From Methyloceanibacter sp. (GTDB taxonomy: Bacteria > Pseudomonadota > Alphaproteobacteria > Rhizobiales > Methyloligellaceae): 58,886 nucleotides of DNA. The notes under the pieces are model-generated. The model made no database searches, was not told the DNA's origin, and saw nothing but the letters and a program-made list of their open reading frames with translations. This document shows positions 1 to 10,176 of the stretch, piece after piece. The translations under genes and the position numbers were made by a program. Within the stretch, counting starts at the first letter, position 1; each line of letters starts with the position of its first letter. The stretch covers positions 1 through 58,886 of the forward strand of contig DASWJG010000219.1 in assembly GCA_036397315.1 (NCBI GenBank). The letters are read 5' to 3'.

Positions 1-408
1 TGCGAGGCGGTGACCATGGTGGCGGCGCAAGTCATGGGCAACAACACGACGATCACCTTTGCCGGAAGCCAAGGGCATCTCGAACTCAACGTGTTCAAGC
101 CGGTGATCGCCTATGCCATGCTGCAATCCATCAGGCTTCTCACCGACGTCGCCGACAGCTTCCGCGAGAAATGCATCGTCGGCATCGAGCCCGACCGGGA
201 GTGCATCAAGGAGCATTTGGAGCAATCGCTCATGCTGGTGACGGCGCTGGCGCCTCATATCGGCTACGACAAGGCGAGCGAGATCGCCAAGGCCGCGCAT
301 AAGCGCGGCACCACCTTGCGTGAGGAGGCGGTACGGCTCGGCCATGTGCTCGAGGAGGAATTCGACCGCCTGGTGAGGCCCGAGGACATGATCGGTCCAA
401 AACGCTAG
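1..408 (+). CDS. fumC: Class II fumarate hydratase, C-terminal part (5' end outside window)
   Basis: Frame is open from base 1: [14 protein letters not shown]...[17 protein letters not shown]...[25 protein letters not shown], a typical FumC C-terminus. Confidence 0.95.
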   Translation, partial: CEAVTMVAAQVMGNNTTITFAGSQGHLELNVFKPVIAYAMLQSIRLLTDVADSFREKCIVGIEPDRECIKEHLEQSLMLVTALAPHIGYDKASEIAKAAHKRGTTLREEAVRLGHVLEEEFDRLVRPEDMIGPKR

Positions 409-418
409 GCTTTCCAGC

Positions 419-652
419 ATGGCGCGGCCAAGCAACAAGCGCTCGCTCACCATCGCGCGGCATCGCACATCCGTCTCGCTTGAGAACGATTTTTGGGATG
501 GGCTGGTCACCATCGCCCGCGCTGACGGCAAGTCCGTCGCGGCGCTGGTCGGCGAGATCGACAAGAGACGGAGCGCTAGAGCAAGCCCTCAGCCGAGCCT
601 ATCGGCGGCTATCAGGATCTATGTGCTGGAGCGCATGCGCGAAGGCTATTAG
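419..652 (+). CDS. Ribbon-helix-helix domain protein (RHH_4-like)
   Basis: KRSLTIARHRTSVSLENDFWDGL...SLSAAIRIYVL pattern; this family commonly follows fumC in Alphaproteobacteria. Confidence 0.85.
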   Translation: MARPSNKRSLTIARHRTSVSLENDFWDGLVTIARADGKSVAALVGEIDKRRSARASPQPSLSAAIRIYVLERMREGY

Positions 653-666
653 TTTCGAATCATGCT

Positions 667-3600
667 CTAACCGCCGCCGAAGATACTGATACCCTTTTTC
701 CAGTCATCAGGCGCTTCCGGCTTGGGGCTCGGCCGGCGGGGCTTGACCGGACGAGGGCGCGGCTTGACCACTTCAACGGCGGCGGGGGTCGGTTCCGCTG
801 CCGGGATTGCTGCCGCCTCGGCTGGGGGCGCAGGCGGTTGAGATTCCATGGTTGGCGCTACCGCTGGAGGCTCCGGCACCACCGCAGCGGAGGATGAGGC
901 CGGCGCTTTCGGCGCAACGGCCGCGGCAGGAGGCGTGGGCATTGCCTCGGAAGGTTTGGTTGAAGCGGGCGTCACCGTCTCGGTTTCGGTCTGCCAAGCC
1001 TCCTGAAGCAGCTCGATCGCCGAGGGCGAGGCCTTGGCCGAGGGCGAGGATTGCGGGATCGCCTGGTTGGGCTGCTCCGTCTCGGCCGTGGGTTTCGATT
1101 GCTCGAGCGGTTCCGGCTCAGGCACGGGCGCTGACTCCACCAGCGGCTCGGATGGCTCCTCAGGCACGGAGGAGGTTGTCTCCTCGGACTCCGCTTCGGC
1201 AGGCGGCGGCGTCCGGCCGCTCACGTCGAGCGTCTCCAGCCGCTCGACATCCTCCTGCATGCGCCGCATGGTGAGATAGGCCTCGATGGCCGCAATATCG
1301 ACGGCAGGCGAAATCTCGCCGGCCTTGTTGAGCGCACCGGTGAAGACGAGGGTCACCGGGGGCATGTCCTTATTGGCGCCGCCGGCGAGGCTCACGGCCC
1401 ACTCGCTATCGAGCTTGAGGCTGGCCAGCTCGACATAACCGTTGACCTTGGTTTCGGCGCCGGGGCCTACCAGCGTTGCCGGAGCGAGGCGGAGCGTGCC
1501 GTTCTTGATCTCGAAGGCGAGCTTGGCCGGGGCGTATTTGTAGACGCCCTTGGTGATGTTCTCGCGCACGCTCTGCGTCTCTGCCTCGATCTCTTCCTTA
1601 TCGGCCTTGATAGTCTTCTTGGCGGCCGCCGCAGCGACGCCGCGCAGCGGGGCGGATGACAGCGATTGGAGCGCGCCGGCGCCTAGCGACAATGTCCCCT
1701 CCCCGCTCAAGCCGGCAACGACGCCCGGAGGGCTCAATCCTTCGCCTTGAACATTGAAGGCGAGATCAAAGGGACCTTTGGCGAGAACAGATCCGGTGAC
1801 GCTCTTGGCGAGTTCGTCGAGCTTGCCGTTCTTGACCTCGGCACGTGCGGTAAGCTCGGCGCCGTTACCGCGCGGCGAGAGGCTCCCCGAACCGGCAAAC
1901 TCGCCGCCGAACAGGCGCCCCTTGAGATCGGTAACGGAGAGCCCGTCCTTGCCGACCGAAGCGGTCAGCGTGGCGCCCTGCACCTTGACGGCCGAGCCCA
2001 GGGAGAGCGTATTGGCTTTCAGCGCGATCTCGCCTTCTGCATGCTCGATCGGCCCAAGCGAGAAGCCGCGCGCCGGCCAGACCCCCGAAGCGCCGGCGCC
2101 GATCGCGCCCAGCATCTCCTCCGTCGAGGGAGTGCGGTGCCAGGCCACCAGCACCCCGAGCAGCGACGGCAGTGACATGGTGCTGGCGCTCCCCGACAGG
2201 GCAAAGCGCGTCTTGGCGCCGCTTAGGTCCAAATGGGCGGCGCCGGTGACGTCCTCCCCCGCGATGTTGCCGGCGATGGTGTTGAGATCGACCTTCGAGG
2301 CCTGCTTGGTGAAATCGAGGCGGAGACTCAAGGGAACACCCGCGGCGCTTGGCGGCGCCTCGAAGCCGAGCAAGGTGAGCGCCGCGCTCGCATCCTGGCT
2401 CACGACCGCGCCTTTGCCGCTAAGGGCAAGCCCGCTTGGCTGCAGCGACCCTTGCCCGACGAAGGCGACCTCAATCGCCGCCGTCTCGAGGGCGGCCTTG
2501 CCGGTGACCTTGGTGCTCGGCACGCCTGAGAGCTTGACGATAAGCCTGCCCTGGCTCCCGGCAGGGGTGGCAATGCGCTCGAGCGGAAGATCGGGGAACA
2601 GCAGAACGAGAAACGCTTGCGGCTTCTCGCCGACGACCTTGCCGTCGATATCGATCTTCGCCTCGCCGGGTTTGCCGGGGTCGCCGAGCGCACGGGCCAC
2701 GAGGGAGACATCGGACGCGCCCGCCTTGCCGCCAAGCTCGACGGAGGCTTTGGTCAATTCGCCTTCGCGGGAAGCCACCAGGCTTACACGCACATTCATG
2801 GGTGCCAATGGCGAGAGCTGCATCGAGCGGCTCACGCCCTCGGGCAGCCCGAACAGTCCGGCGGCAACGCGTAGGCTGTCGGCATTGGCGGCTTGGAGGG
2901 CGAAATCAACCCGGCCAGACGGCTTGTCACGCAAATTCTCGATCCGGCCCTTGCCGTTGAGCGCGAGTGCGCTGGCAGCCGCAAAGTCGAGCTTCTCCAC
3001 GTCGAGCGTGCCGGCCTGAAGCGCGAAGCGTGCGTCGAGTTTGCCGGGTGGAATATTGGGCAGCAGCAGCTCGCCGACGCGCAAGGTCACGCGCATGTCG
3101 TTATCGGGGAGCTGCCCAAAGAGGTCCTGGCCAGGGCTGGCCGCCGCGTCCTTTCCGGACGAGAGCAGCCAGGATTGCCACAGCGGACCTTCGCCGATCA
3201 CCTCGCGCAAATCGAGGCGGTCGCTGTCGAGGGTGAGCTCGATCATCGGGCGATCTCCGCCATGCAGATGCAGGCCGCCGCGGAACTTGGTGCCGCTCAG
3301 CTCGCCCGTGGCATCAACAAGATTGAGCTCGCCGTCGCCGATAGTGGCGTTGGCCATGAAGGTAAAATCACCGACCGAAGCCTGTCCCGACATATCGCGG
3401 TCGCCGGCAGCCCAGCGGGTGAGCGGCTTCAGCCCCGAGCCCTCGATCTTGATCGGACCGGCAAAGACGGGTCCGAACCCGCCACGGGCCAAGCGTCCCG
3501 AAGCCTCGATACGATTGCCGCCGGGAAGCACGGCTTTGAGGTGGTCCACGGTGAGCGCGCCATCCTTCGTGGCAAGCGCAAGGTCGACGGCGCCCACGAG

Positions 3601-4761
3601 ATCGCCGCCCAATCCAGCCTGCTCGATGGCGACGGCAAGCGTTCCTTCCCCGAACTCGGAAGCTTGGGTGAGGACCTCGTCGGCAAACATGTAAAGGACG
3701 GTGGCCGGCGAAGGCCGGTCCTCGGCGCCAGGCACGACAAACAGGGCATCGAGATCGACAAAGCCCGCCGTAAGCTCAGCGCTGGCCTCGATGCGCTCGC
3801 CGAACTCGAGCGCGAGCTTGCCCTTGAAAATCTGGGGATGCCCCTTGGCATGGACGATGAGGTCGAAATCGGGAAGCTCGGCGCGGTCAGGGGTGGCTTT
3901 GAGCGGGCCCTTAAGCTCGAACAGCGACGCCTTGTCGCGCCGGGCAGTTTCTGCCGGTTGATTTTCGCTCTCAGAGCCGGCTTGCTCCGGTCCCTCGCTG
4001 CCGGGAACGACATTGGCGGCGCGCACGACGATGGTGCCGTCATAGACGGGCTTGCCGCCAAGCCCGGCCACGCCGCCGTCGAGCAGATAGGTGGTGTTGC
4101 GGTCAAGGTCGCGCAGCGCCGCCTTGATGCGCAACAGTCCGGCCGCATCGGGCTCGCTCGTGGAGAAGCGAAGGTCCTGCGGGTGCCCTTGGAAAGAATA
4201 GGTCGCCGACACCTTGTAAGGTCCCGACAAGGACTGGGCGCTCAAGTCGCCGGCGACGTCATCAAGGGTGAACTGCGGCACACCTTGCTTGGTGATCTCG
4301 ATCCGGCCGCCGCTGATGCCGACCGCATCGAGCATCACGTCCTTTTGGGCGAGCGGCAGCGCCACGCCGCGGCGACCCACGTCGCTCCAATTGCCGGTGC
4401 CGTCCGCCTTGAGATCGAGACGCAAGACGGGATCCACAATGGCGATCTTGCGCGCCTCGACGGTCCCGCTCAGAAGCGCGCCGATATTGAGCCAGGCCTC
4501 GAGCGAGCGGGCCTCGAGGAACGGCCGGTCGAGGCGTCCCTCTTGATCGGCGACCTTGATGTCGTCGAACTTGAGCTCGGGCGAAGGCAGAAGGACGAGA
4601 TGAACCTTGCCTCCGACCTTCACCTGGCGGCCGAGCAGATTGGTGGCTTGGGTCTCGAAGACCGAGCGGTAGTCGTTCCAGTCGACGAAGAGCGGCGCGG
4701 CAAATAGCGCGCTCAAGACCAGAATCAGCACTGCCGTCAAAGTGAGCAGGAGCGAGTTCAC
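667..4761 (-). CDS. AsmA family protein (bridge-like lipid transfer protein) with Pro/Glu/Ala-rich C-terminal tail
   Basis: 1364 aa; N-terminal anchor followed by APLFVDWNDYRSVFETQATNLLGRQVKVGG (AsmA N-terminus); glycine-rich beta repeats. Confidence 0.88.
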   Translation of the reverse strand: MNSLLLTLTAVLILVLSALFAAPLFVDWNDYRSVFETQATNLLGRQVKVGGKVHLVLLPSPELKFDDIKVADQEGRLDRPFLEARSLEAWLNIGALLSGTVEARKIAIVDPVLRLDLKADGTGNWSDVGRRGVALPLAQKDVMLDAVGISGGRIEITKQGVPQFTLDDVAGDLSAQSLSGPYKVSATYSFQGHPQDLRFSTSEPDAAGLLRIKAALRDLDRNTTYLLDGGVAGLGGKPVYDGTIVVRAANVVPGSEGPEQAGSESENQPAETARRDKASLFELKGPLKATPDRAELPDFDLIVHAKGHPQIFKGKLALEFGERIEASAELTAGFVDLDALFVVPGAEDRPSPATVLYMFADEVLTQASEFGEGTLAVAIEQAGLGGDLVGAVDLALATKDGALTVDHLKAVLPGGNRIEASGRLARGGFGPVFAGPIKIEGSGLKPLTRWAAGDRDMSGQASVGDFTFMANATIGDGELNLVDATGELSGTKFRGGLHLHGGDRPMIELTLDSDRLDLREVIGEGPLWQSWLLSSGKDAAASPGQDLFGQLPDNDMRVTLRVGELLLPNIPPGKLDARFALQAGTLDVEKLDFAAASALALNGKGRIENLRDKPSGRVDFALQAANADSLRVAAGLFGLPEGVSRSMQLSPLAPMNVRVSLVASREGELTKASVELGGKAGASDVSLVARALGDPGKPGEAKIDIDGKVVGEKPQAFLVLLFPDLPLERIATPAGSQGRLIVKLSGVPSTKVTGKAALETAAIEVAFVGQGSLQPSGLALSGKGAVVSQDASAALTLLGFEAPPSAAGVPLSLRLDFTKQASKVDLNTIAGNIAGEDVTGAAHLDLSGAKTRFALSGSASTMSLPSLLGVLVAWHRTPSTEEMLGAIGAGASGVWPARGFSLGPIEHAEGEIALKANTLSLGSAVKVQGATLTASVGKDGLSVTDLKGRLFGGEFAGSGSLSPRGNGAELTARAEVKNGKLDELAKSVTGSVLAKGPFDLAFNVQGEGLSPPGVVAGLSGEGTLSLGAGALQSLSSAPLRGVAAAAAKKTIKADKEEIEAETQSVRENITKGVYKYAPAKLAFEIKNGTLRLAPATLVGPGAETKVNGYVELASLKLDSEWAVSLAGGANKDMPPVTLVFTGALNKAGEISPAVDIAAIEAYLTMRRMQEDVERLETLDVSGRTPPPAEAESEETTSSVPEEPSEPLVESAPVPEPEPLEQSKPTAETEQPNQAIPQSSPSAKASPSAIELLQEAWQTETETVTPASTKPSEAMPTPPAAAVAPKAPASSSAAVVPEPPAVAPTMESQPPAPPAEAAAIPAAEPTPAAVEVVKPRPRPVKPRRPSPKPEAPDDWKKGISIFGGG

Positions 4762-4840
4762 CGCCGTCCAGACCCAAGGCTCGAGGCGCGCGCTCTGACG
4801 CAGTTAAGCGCCGAGGACCCGGCCCCCCCGCGACGCGCCG

Positions 4841-6256
4841 TTATGCTAACGCAAAAATCTTGCCAGGATTGAGGATATTCAACGGATCGAGCGCCTTTTT
4901 TATGGCAGCCATCACCTCGACCCCCGGTCCGTGCTCGGCGGCGAGATAGTTAATCTTGCCCTGGCCAACGCCATGCTCGCCAGTGCAGGTGCCCCCGCAG
5001 GCCAGGGCCCGCTCGACGAGCCGGTCGAGGAAGGCTTGCACCCTCCGCCGTTCCTCCGGGTCGGAAGGCTCGATCAGTGGCATGACATGGAAGTTGCCGT
5101 CGCCCACATGGCCCACGATCGGGGCAAGCAGGCCCAGGCGGTCGATGTCCTCGCGCGTGGCCGTGACGCAGGCGGCAAGCGCCGAGATGGGCACGCAGAC
5201 ATCGGTCGACAGCACCTCGGCGCCCGGCTTCAACCCGCGCGCGGCCCAATAGGCATCGTGGCGCGCCTGCCAGAGTTTGGTGCGGTCTTCCGGCCGCTCG
5301 GCCCATCGATACTCCCCTCCCCCTTCGGCGCGCGCGATCTCGGCGAAGGCTTCCACCTGCTCGCGCGCGCCGGAAGCGGTACCGTGGAATTCGAGGAACA
5401 GCGTCGGCGTCTCGGGCAGATGAAGATGCGAATAGGCATTGCAGGCGCGGATCTGCGCCTCGTCGGCAAGCTCGATGCGGGCGAGCGGAATCCCCATCTG
5501 CAGCGCGGCGATGGTGGCGTTACAGGCGCCCTCGATCGAATCGAACGGGCAGACTGCGGAGAGGATGGTCTCGGGAATGCCGTAGAGCTTGAGCGTGAGG
5601 CTAGTGATGACTCCAAGCGTGCCTTCCGAGCCGATCAGGAGGCGGGTGAGGTCGTAGCCGGCGGACGACTTCCGCGCTCGGCCACCGGTCTTGATCACGC
5701 TGCCGTCGGCCAAGACCGCGGTGAGGCCGAGAACCGCGTCGCGCATGGTGCCGTAGCGCACAGCGTTGGTGCCGGAGGCGCGCGTCGCCGCCATGCCGCC
5801 GAGGCTCGCGTCAGCCCCCGGGTCGACCGGGAAGAAGAGGCCGGACCCGCGCAAATACTCGTTGAGCACTTTGCGCGTGACTCCAGACTCCACCACACAG
5901 TCGAGATCGGCCTCATGCACGGCGAGGATGCGGTTCATGCGGGAAAGATCGAGCGAGACGCCGCCGAACGGCGCGTTGACGTGACCTTCGAGCGAGGTGC
6001 CGGTGCCGAAGGGGATCACCGGCACGCGCGCCTCGGCGCAGAGCTTCACGATCTTCGAGACCTCGGCTTCGGTCTCGGCGAAGAGGACGGCGTCGGGCGG
6101 CTCGCGCTTGAGCCAGGTGAGCGTATTGGCGTGCTGCTCGCGAAGCGCCTGGCTCAAGGAGAAGCGCTCGCCGAAGCGCGCGGCAAGATGAGTGAAGAGG
6201 GCCCTCTTGCTCTCTCCCGTGGAGCGTTCCTGAGCTCCGGCCATGACTACGGTCAT
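4841..6256 (-). CDS. FAD-linked oxidase, D-lactate dehydrogenase (cytochrome)/GlcD-like
   Basis: PFGTGTSLEGH, FFPVDPGADASLGGMAATRASGTNAVRYGTM, GHVGDGNFH, TGEHGVG and LDPLNILNPGKIF motifs. Confidence 0.9.
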   Translation of the reverse strand: MTVVMAGAQERSTGESKRALFTHLAARFGERFSLSQALREQHANTLTWLKREPPDAVLFAETEAEVSKIVKLCAEARVPVIPFGTGTSLEGHVNAPFGGVSLDLSRMNRILAVHEADLDCVVESGVTRKVLNEYLRGSGLFFPVDPGADASLGGMAATRASGTNAVRYGTMRDAVLGLTAVLADGSVIKTGGRARKSSAGYDLTRLLIGSEGTLGVITSLTLKLYGIPETILSAVCPFDSIEGACNATIAALQMGIPLARIELADEAQIRACNAYSHLHLPETPTLFLEFHGTASGAREQVEAFAEIARAEGGGEYRWAERPEDRTKLWQARHDAYWAARGLKPGAEVLSTDVCVPISALAACVTATREDIDRLGLLAPIVGHVGDGNFHVMPLIEPSDPEERRRVQAFLDRLVERALACGGTCTGEHGVGQGKINYLAAEHGPGVEVMAAIKKALDPLNILNPGKIFALA

Positions 6257-6311
6257 GCGCCCATCTTATAGGCGCTTCGCCGGGAAATGCTTAGGTTTTT
6301 CAGCGCCGCGA

Positions 6312-6986
6312 TCAGAGGCCGACGACGACGATGACGGCCGCGAAGTGGCAGCTTGCCGCCGACAGCACGAAGCCATGCCAGATGGCGTTCTGATACGGGA
6401 GCCGCTCCCACAAATGGAACACAACGCCGATGGTGTAGAGCACGCCGCCGGCCATAAGGAGCGTCAGCACGCGGCCCGGCATCGCCGACATCAATGGCTC
6501 CCAGGCGGCAATCACCGCCCAACCCTGCACCAGATAGAGCGCGGTCGACAGGCCCTCGAGGAAGCGCGGTAGGAAGAGTTTAATGGCGATGCCGATGGCC
6601 GCCATGGTCCAGACCACGGCGAGCAGGCCGAGCCCCCAAGGGGTGTTCATCTTGATCAAGATGAAGGGGGTGTAGGTTCCGGCGATCATCAGGAAGATGG
6701 CGGCGTGATCGAGCCGGCGGAAGACTTCCTTGAGCTTGGGACGCCCTATGAGATGGTAGCCGGCCGAGCAAGCGAAGGTAGCGACCATGGCAAGCCCGTA
6801 GATCGAAAGACTCACCGCCCAGAGCATGGTCTGGGACTTAACGCCGATGATGAGGAGGGCGATCAGCGCGACGAGACTGGCGGTGACGCCGATGAGGTGG
6901 ATGCACCCGTCGGCCACGCGCTCGCGAATGGTGTAGTCAGGATACACGATGCTGCCTCTGTCCCGGCTGATGCGGTCTTGGCTCAT
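6312..6986 (-). CDS. Hemolysin III/PAQR family membrane protein (TrhA/YqfA-like)
   Basis: SAGYH, RRLDHAAIFLMIAGTYTPF and AIWHGFVL motifs; about 7 TM helices. Confidence 0.92.
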   Translation of the reverse strand: MSQDRISRDRGSIVYPDYTIRERVADGCIHLIGVTASLVALIALLIIGVKSQTMLWAVSLSIYGLAMVATFACSAGYHLIGRPKLKEVFRRLDHAAIFLMIAGTYTPFILIKMNTPWGLGLLAVVWTMAAIGIAIKLFLPRFLEGLSTALYLVQGWAVIAAWEPLMSAMPGRVLTLLMAGGVLYTIGVVFHLWERLPYQNAIWHGFVLSAASCHFAAVIVVVGL

Positions 6987-7108
6987 ATAAGAAGATTAAG
7001 GCTGAAAATCACCTTACCAAGCCATATGGCGAGGATGAGGCGTCAACGTGAAGCGTCGCGGATGCGTTCAGGGTACGGATTGTCGCGCCACGCCGTCACT
7101 CACGCATC

Positions 7109-7133
7109 ATTCCGGGTCAAGGCGGGTAATGAC
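7109..7133. repeat. Degenerate half copy of REP-like palindromic element
   Basis: ccgggtcaaggcgggtaatgac matches the reverse complement of the left arm at 47735 at 19 of 22 positions. Confidence 0.4.
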
Positions 7134-7150
7134 AAGCGCGGGGAACAGGA

Positions 7151-7534
7151 CTATTGGCCGCAGACGCTCGAGCCCGTCGTGCAGACATAAGGCACGACCA
7201 CGCCGGTAAAGCAGGTCGTGTAGAAGCGTGTGGTGATGATGTCGGGCTTGAGCTGCGCTTCCCGGGGGACGCCAGTGGGGCGAACGGCTTTCCAGAAGGG
7301 ATCGCCCTTCACGCGGTAGGCGTAAAGGGTGACGTAGCGCCACCTCTTGGCGCGCTTCAGGTCAGAAGCGCTCTTGACGACAAGGGCTTGCGAACTTCTG
7401 GCTGCCTCGGCCTTCGAGCCGGCGCTATGGGTGGCCTTGATCAGTTGGCAGGCCGCCTCGGCGGGCCGGACCGCGCCGCAGGCAAAGGCCGCAATACCAA
7501 GCACAGCGACGCCCACCCTCAAAATTTGAAGCAT
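7151..7534 (-). CDS. Hypothetical secreted basic protein with 4 Cys in the mature part
   Basis: 127 aa; signal peptide ending AEA; Lys/Arg-rich; C-terminus CFTGVVVPYVCTTGSSVCGQ. Confidence 0.75.
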   Translation of the reverse strand: MLQILRVGVAVLGIAAFACGAVRPAEAACQLIKATHSAGSKAEAARSSQALVVKSASDLKRAKRWRYVTLYAYRVKGDPFWKAVRPTGVPREAQLKPDIITTRFYTTCFTGVVVPYVCTTGSSVCGQ

Positions 7535-7770
7535 ATCCCAGTCTCCCGACTGACACGGAGGTCGTTTTCTTCTTTGGCAGCGCCGTCGACTAATCGCAAC
7601 GGCAATAGCAGATTTTTCCTGCGGTTTTTTGTCAGACGCAGAGTCAGAGCTTGGCGTTTTCCCCGGCGTGACGTCAACCCTCTAACGCCGGTCAGGGGCC
7701 GGCCGTCGCACTCTTTGAGGCAGGCCCTCTTTTTATGCAGGGCCGAGGGGATGATATAGTTTTGAGTTCC

Positions 7771-10110
7771 ATGACAAAGATTCGCTCCTCCGCCCTCCCT
7801 GCCCTGCCCCCGCCCGGCGAGGAGCAGCTCTCGACGTCGCAGCGCGCCATGCGCCGGCGCCCCCTTGCCTATCTCGACGCGCTCAATCCTGAGCAGCGCG
7901 AGGCGGTGGAGACGCTTGACGGCCCGCTGTTGGTCCTTGCCGGCGCGGGAACCGGCAAGACGCGCGTGCTCACCACCCGCATCGCCCATATTTTGAGCTT
8001 GGGGCGGGCGCGGCCGGGGGAAATTCTCGCCGTCACCTTCACCAACAAGGCGGCGCGGGAAATGAAAGCCCGCATCGGCCAATTGATCGGCGGCGTGGTG
8101 GAGGGCATGCCCTGGCTCGGCACCTTCCACGCCATCGGGGTCAAGATCCTGCGCCGCCACGCCGAGCTGGTCGATCTCAAGCCCTCCTTCACCGTGCTCG
8201 ATACCGACGATCAGATCAGGCTCATGAAGCAACTGCTCGACGCCGAGAACATCGACGAGAAGCGCTGGCCGGCACGGCTGCTGGCTTCCATGATCGACGG
8301 CTGGAAGAACCGCGGACTCACGCCGAAGCGCGTGCCCGAAGGCGAGAGCTTTGCCTTCGCCAACGGCAAAGCGCGCGAGCTATACGCGCTGTATCAGCGG
8401 CGCCTGAAGGAGCTGAATGCCGCCGATTTCGGCGATCTCTTGCTGGAGAATTTGCGGCTGTTCCAGGAGCAGCCCGACGTGCTGCAGAAATATCAGCAGC
8501 GCTTCCTCTACACGCTGGTGGACGAGTATCAGGACTCCAATGTCGCGCAATATCTCTGGCTACGCCTGCTTGCCCACGGCAACGGCAATGTTTGCTGCGT
8601 CGGCGACGACGATCAGTCGATCTATGGCTGGCGGGGCGCGGAGGTCGACAACATCCTAAGATTCGAGACCGACTTCCCCGGCGCCAAAATCATCAGGCTC
8701 GAGCGCAACTACCGCTCGACCGGCCATATCCTCGGCGCGGCCTCAGGACTCATCGCCCACAACAAAGGGCGCCTCGGCAAGACGCTCCGCACTGACGGCG
8801 ATCTCGGCGAGAAGGTCGAGGTCGAAGGCTGCTGGGACGACGAGGAGGAAGCGCGGGTGATCGGCGAGGACATCGAGCAGCTCCAGCGGCAGGGCGAGAA
8901 TTTGAGCGAAATCGCCATCCTCGTCCGCGCGTCCTTCCAGATGCGCGCCTTCGAGGACCGCTTCATCACCCTTGGGCTGCCTTATCGCGTGATCGGCGGC
9001 CCGCGCTTTTACGAGCGCCAGGAGATCAGAGATGCCACCGCCTATTTCGAGGTGACGCTCAACCCCGCCAACGACCTGAAATTCGAGCGCATCGTCAATA
9101 CGCCCCGGCGGGGCCTTGGCGAAGCGAGCCTGAAGTCGCTGCATCAGCTGGCGCGGGCAAGCGGAGTGCCGCTGATGCAGGCAGCGCGGCTGATCGTCGA
9201 GACCGAGGAGCTGAAGCCCAGGGCCCGCAAGGCGCTGCTCGACCTCATCTTGGCGTTCGACCGCTGGCGCTCGCTGATCGACACCATGGGCCATACCGAG
9301 CTTGCCGAGCTGATCCTCGATGAGTCCGGCTATACCGGCATGTGGCAGGCCGAGCGCTCCCCGCAGTCGCAATCGAAACTCGAGAATTTGAAGGAGCTGA
9401 TCCGCTTCATGGAGGAGTTCGACACGCTCGCAGGCTTCCTCGAGCATGTGTCCCTCGTCATGGATGCGCAGACCGAAGAGGGCGAAGCCCGAGTCAATCT
9501 GATGACGCTCCATTCCGCCAAAGGACTCGAATTCGACACCGTGTTCCTCCCCGGCTGGGACGAGGGACTTCTGCCCCATCAGCGGAGCCTCGACGAGGCG
9601 GGCCGCTCAGGCCTGGAAGAGGAGCGGCGGCTTGCCCATGTGGGGCTGACGCGGGCGCGGAAGCGGGCGAAGATCACCTTCGCCCAGAGCCGCCGGAACC
9701 ACGGGACATGGCAGCAGGCGCTGCCCTCGCGCTTCATCGACGAGCTGCCGGTCGATCATATCGCGGTCGCCGAGGACAAGGGCTTGCGCGGCTACGGGCC
9801 GAGCCGTTTCGATACGGCGGAGAATTTGTTCGCGAGCGGCTTTTATGAGACCCCCGGCTGGCAGCGGGCGCAGAGGAACCGGCCGCGGGGTGCCGCGCCG
9901 TCGGCGCCGCGGCGCGAGCCCTTGACCATCGACGGCACGCTGGTGGCGGCGAGCACCGCCGAGGGCGCAGGCCTCGCGATCGGGATGCGCGTCTTCCACC
10001 AGAAGTTCGGCTATGGCCGCGTGACGCAAATCGACGGCAACAAACTCACGGTCGATTTCGACAAGGCCGGGCAGAAGAAAGTGGTCGACAGCTTCGTCGA
10101 GCGGGTGTGA
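7771..10110 (+). CDS. uvrD: ATP-dependent DNA helicase UvrD/PcrA (start uncertain, 7771 or 7849)
   Basis: LAGAGTGKT, VTFTNKAAREM, VDEYQD, VGDDDQSIYGWRGA, LERNYRST and TLHSAKGLEF motifs; C-terminal RVFHQKFGYG Tudor-like domain. Confidence 0.96.
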   Translation: MTKIRSSALPALPPPGEEQLSTSQRAMRRRPLAYLDALNPEQREAVETLDGPLLVLAGAGTGKTRVLTTRIAHILSLGRARPGEILAVTFTNKAAREMKARIGQLIGGVVEGMPWLGTFHAIGVKILRRHAELVDLKPSFTVLDTDDQIRLMKQLLDAENIDEKRWPARLLASMIDGWKNRGLTPKRVPEGESFAFANGKARELYALYQRRLKELNAADFGDLLLENLRLFQEQPDVLQKYQQRFLYTLVDEYQDSNVAQYLWLRLLAHGNGNVCCVGDDDQSIYGWRGAEVDNILRFETDFPGAKIIRLERNYRSTGHILGAASGLIAHNKGRLGKTLRTDGDLGEKVEVEGCWDDEEEARVIGEDIEQLQRQGENLSEIAILVRASFQMRAFEDRFITLGLPYRVIGGPRFYERQEIRDATAYFEVTLNPANDLKFERIVNTPRRGLGEASLKSLHQLARASGVPLMQAARLIVETEELKPRARKALLDLILAFDRWRSLIDTMGHTELAELILDESGYTGMWQAERSPQSQSKLENLKELIRFMEEFDTLAGFLEHVSLVMDAQTEEGEARVNLMTLHSAKGLEFDTVFLPGWDEGLLPHQRSLDEAGRSGLEEERRLAHVGLTRARKRAKITFAQSRRNHGTWQQALPSRFIDELPVDHIAVAEDKGLRGYGPSRFDTAENLFASGFYETPGWQRAQRNRPRGAAPSAPRREPLTIDGTLVAASTAEGAGLAIGMRVFHQKFGYGRVTQIDGNKLTVDFDKAGQKKVVDSFVERV

Positions 10111-10117
10111 GGCCCTC

Positions 10118-10146
10118 TTCCCTAATGAGAACAAAACGTGTACATT
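10118..10146 (+). promoter_or_regulatory. Putative sigma70 promoter overlapped by an alphaproteobacterial LexA (SOS) box
   Basis: GAAC-AAAACGT-GTAC at 10129-10143 (GAAC-N7-GTAC); TTCCCT (10118)-17 nt-TACATT (10141). Confidence 0.65.
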
Positions 10147-10176
10147 CGTGGGGTTGTCGTTTTGAGGGAGGTTTCC

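Noticed and set aside
1754-4707. Long plus-strand ORFs (421 and 604 aa) opposite the AsmA gene, and similar antisense ORFs across the window (e.g. 4931-6271, 12132-13433, 21813-23255, 29933-31204)
   Set aside because: Shadow ORFs caused by high GC and codon bias of the real gene on the other strand; no recognisable motifs
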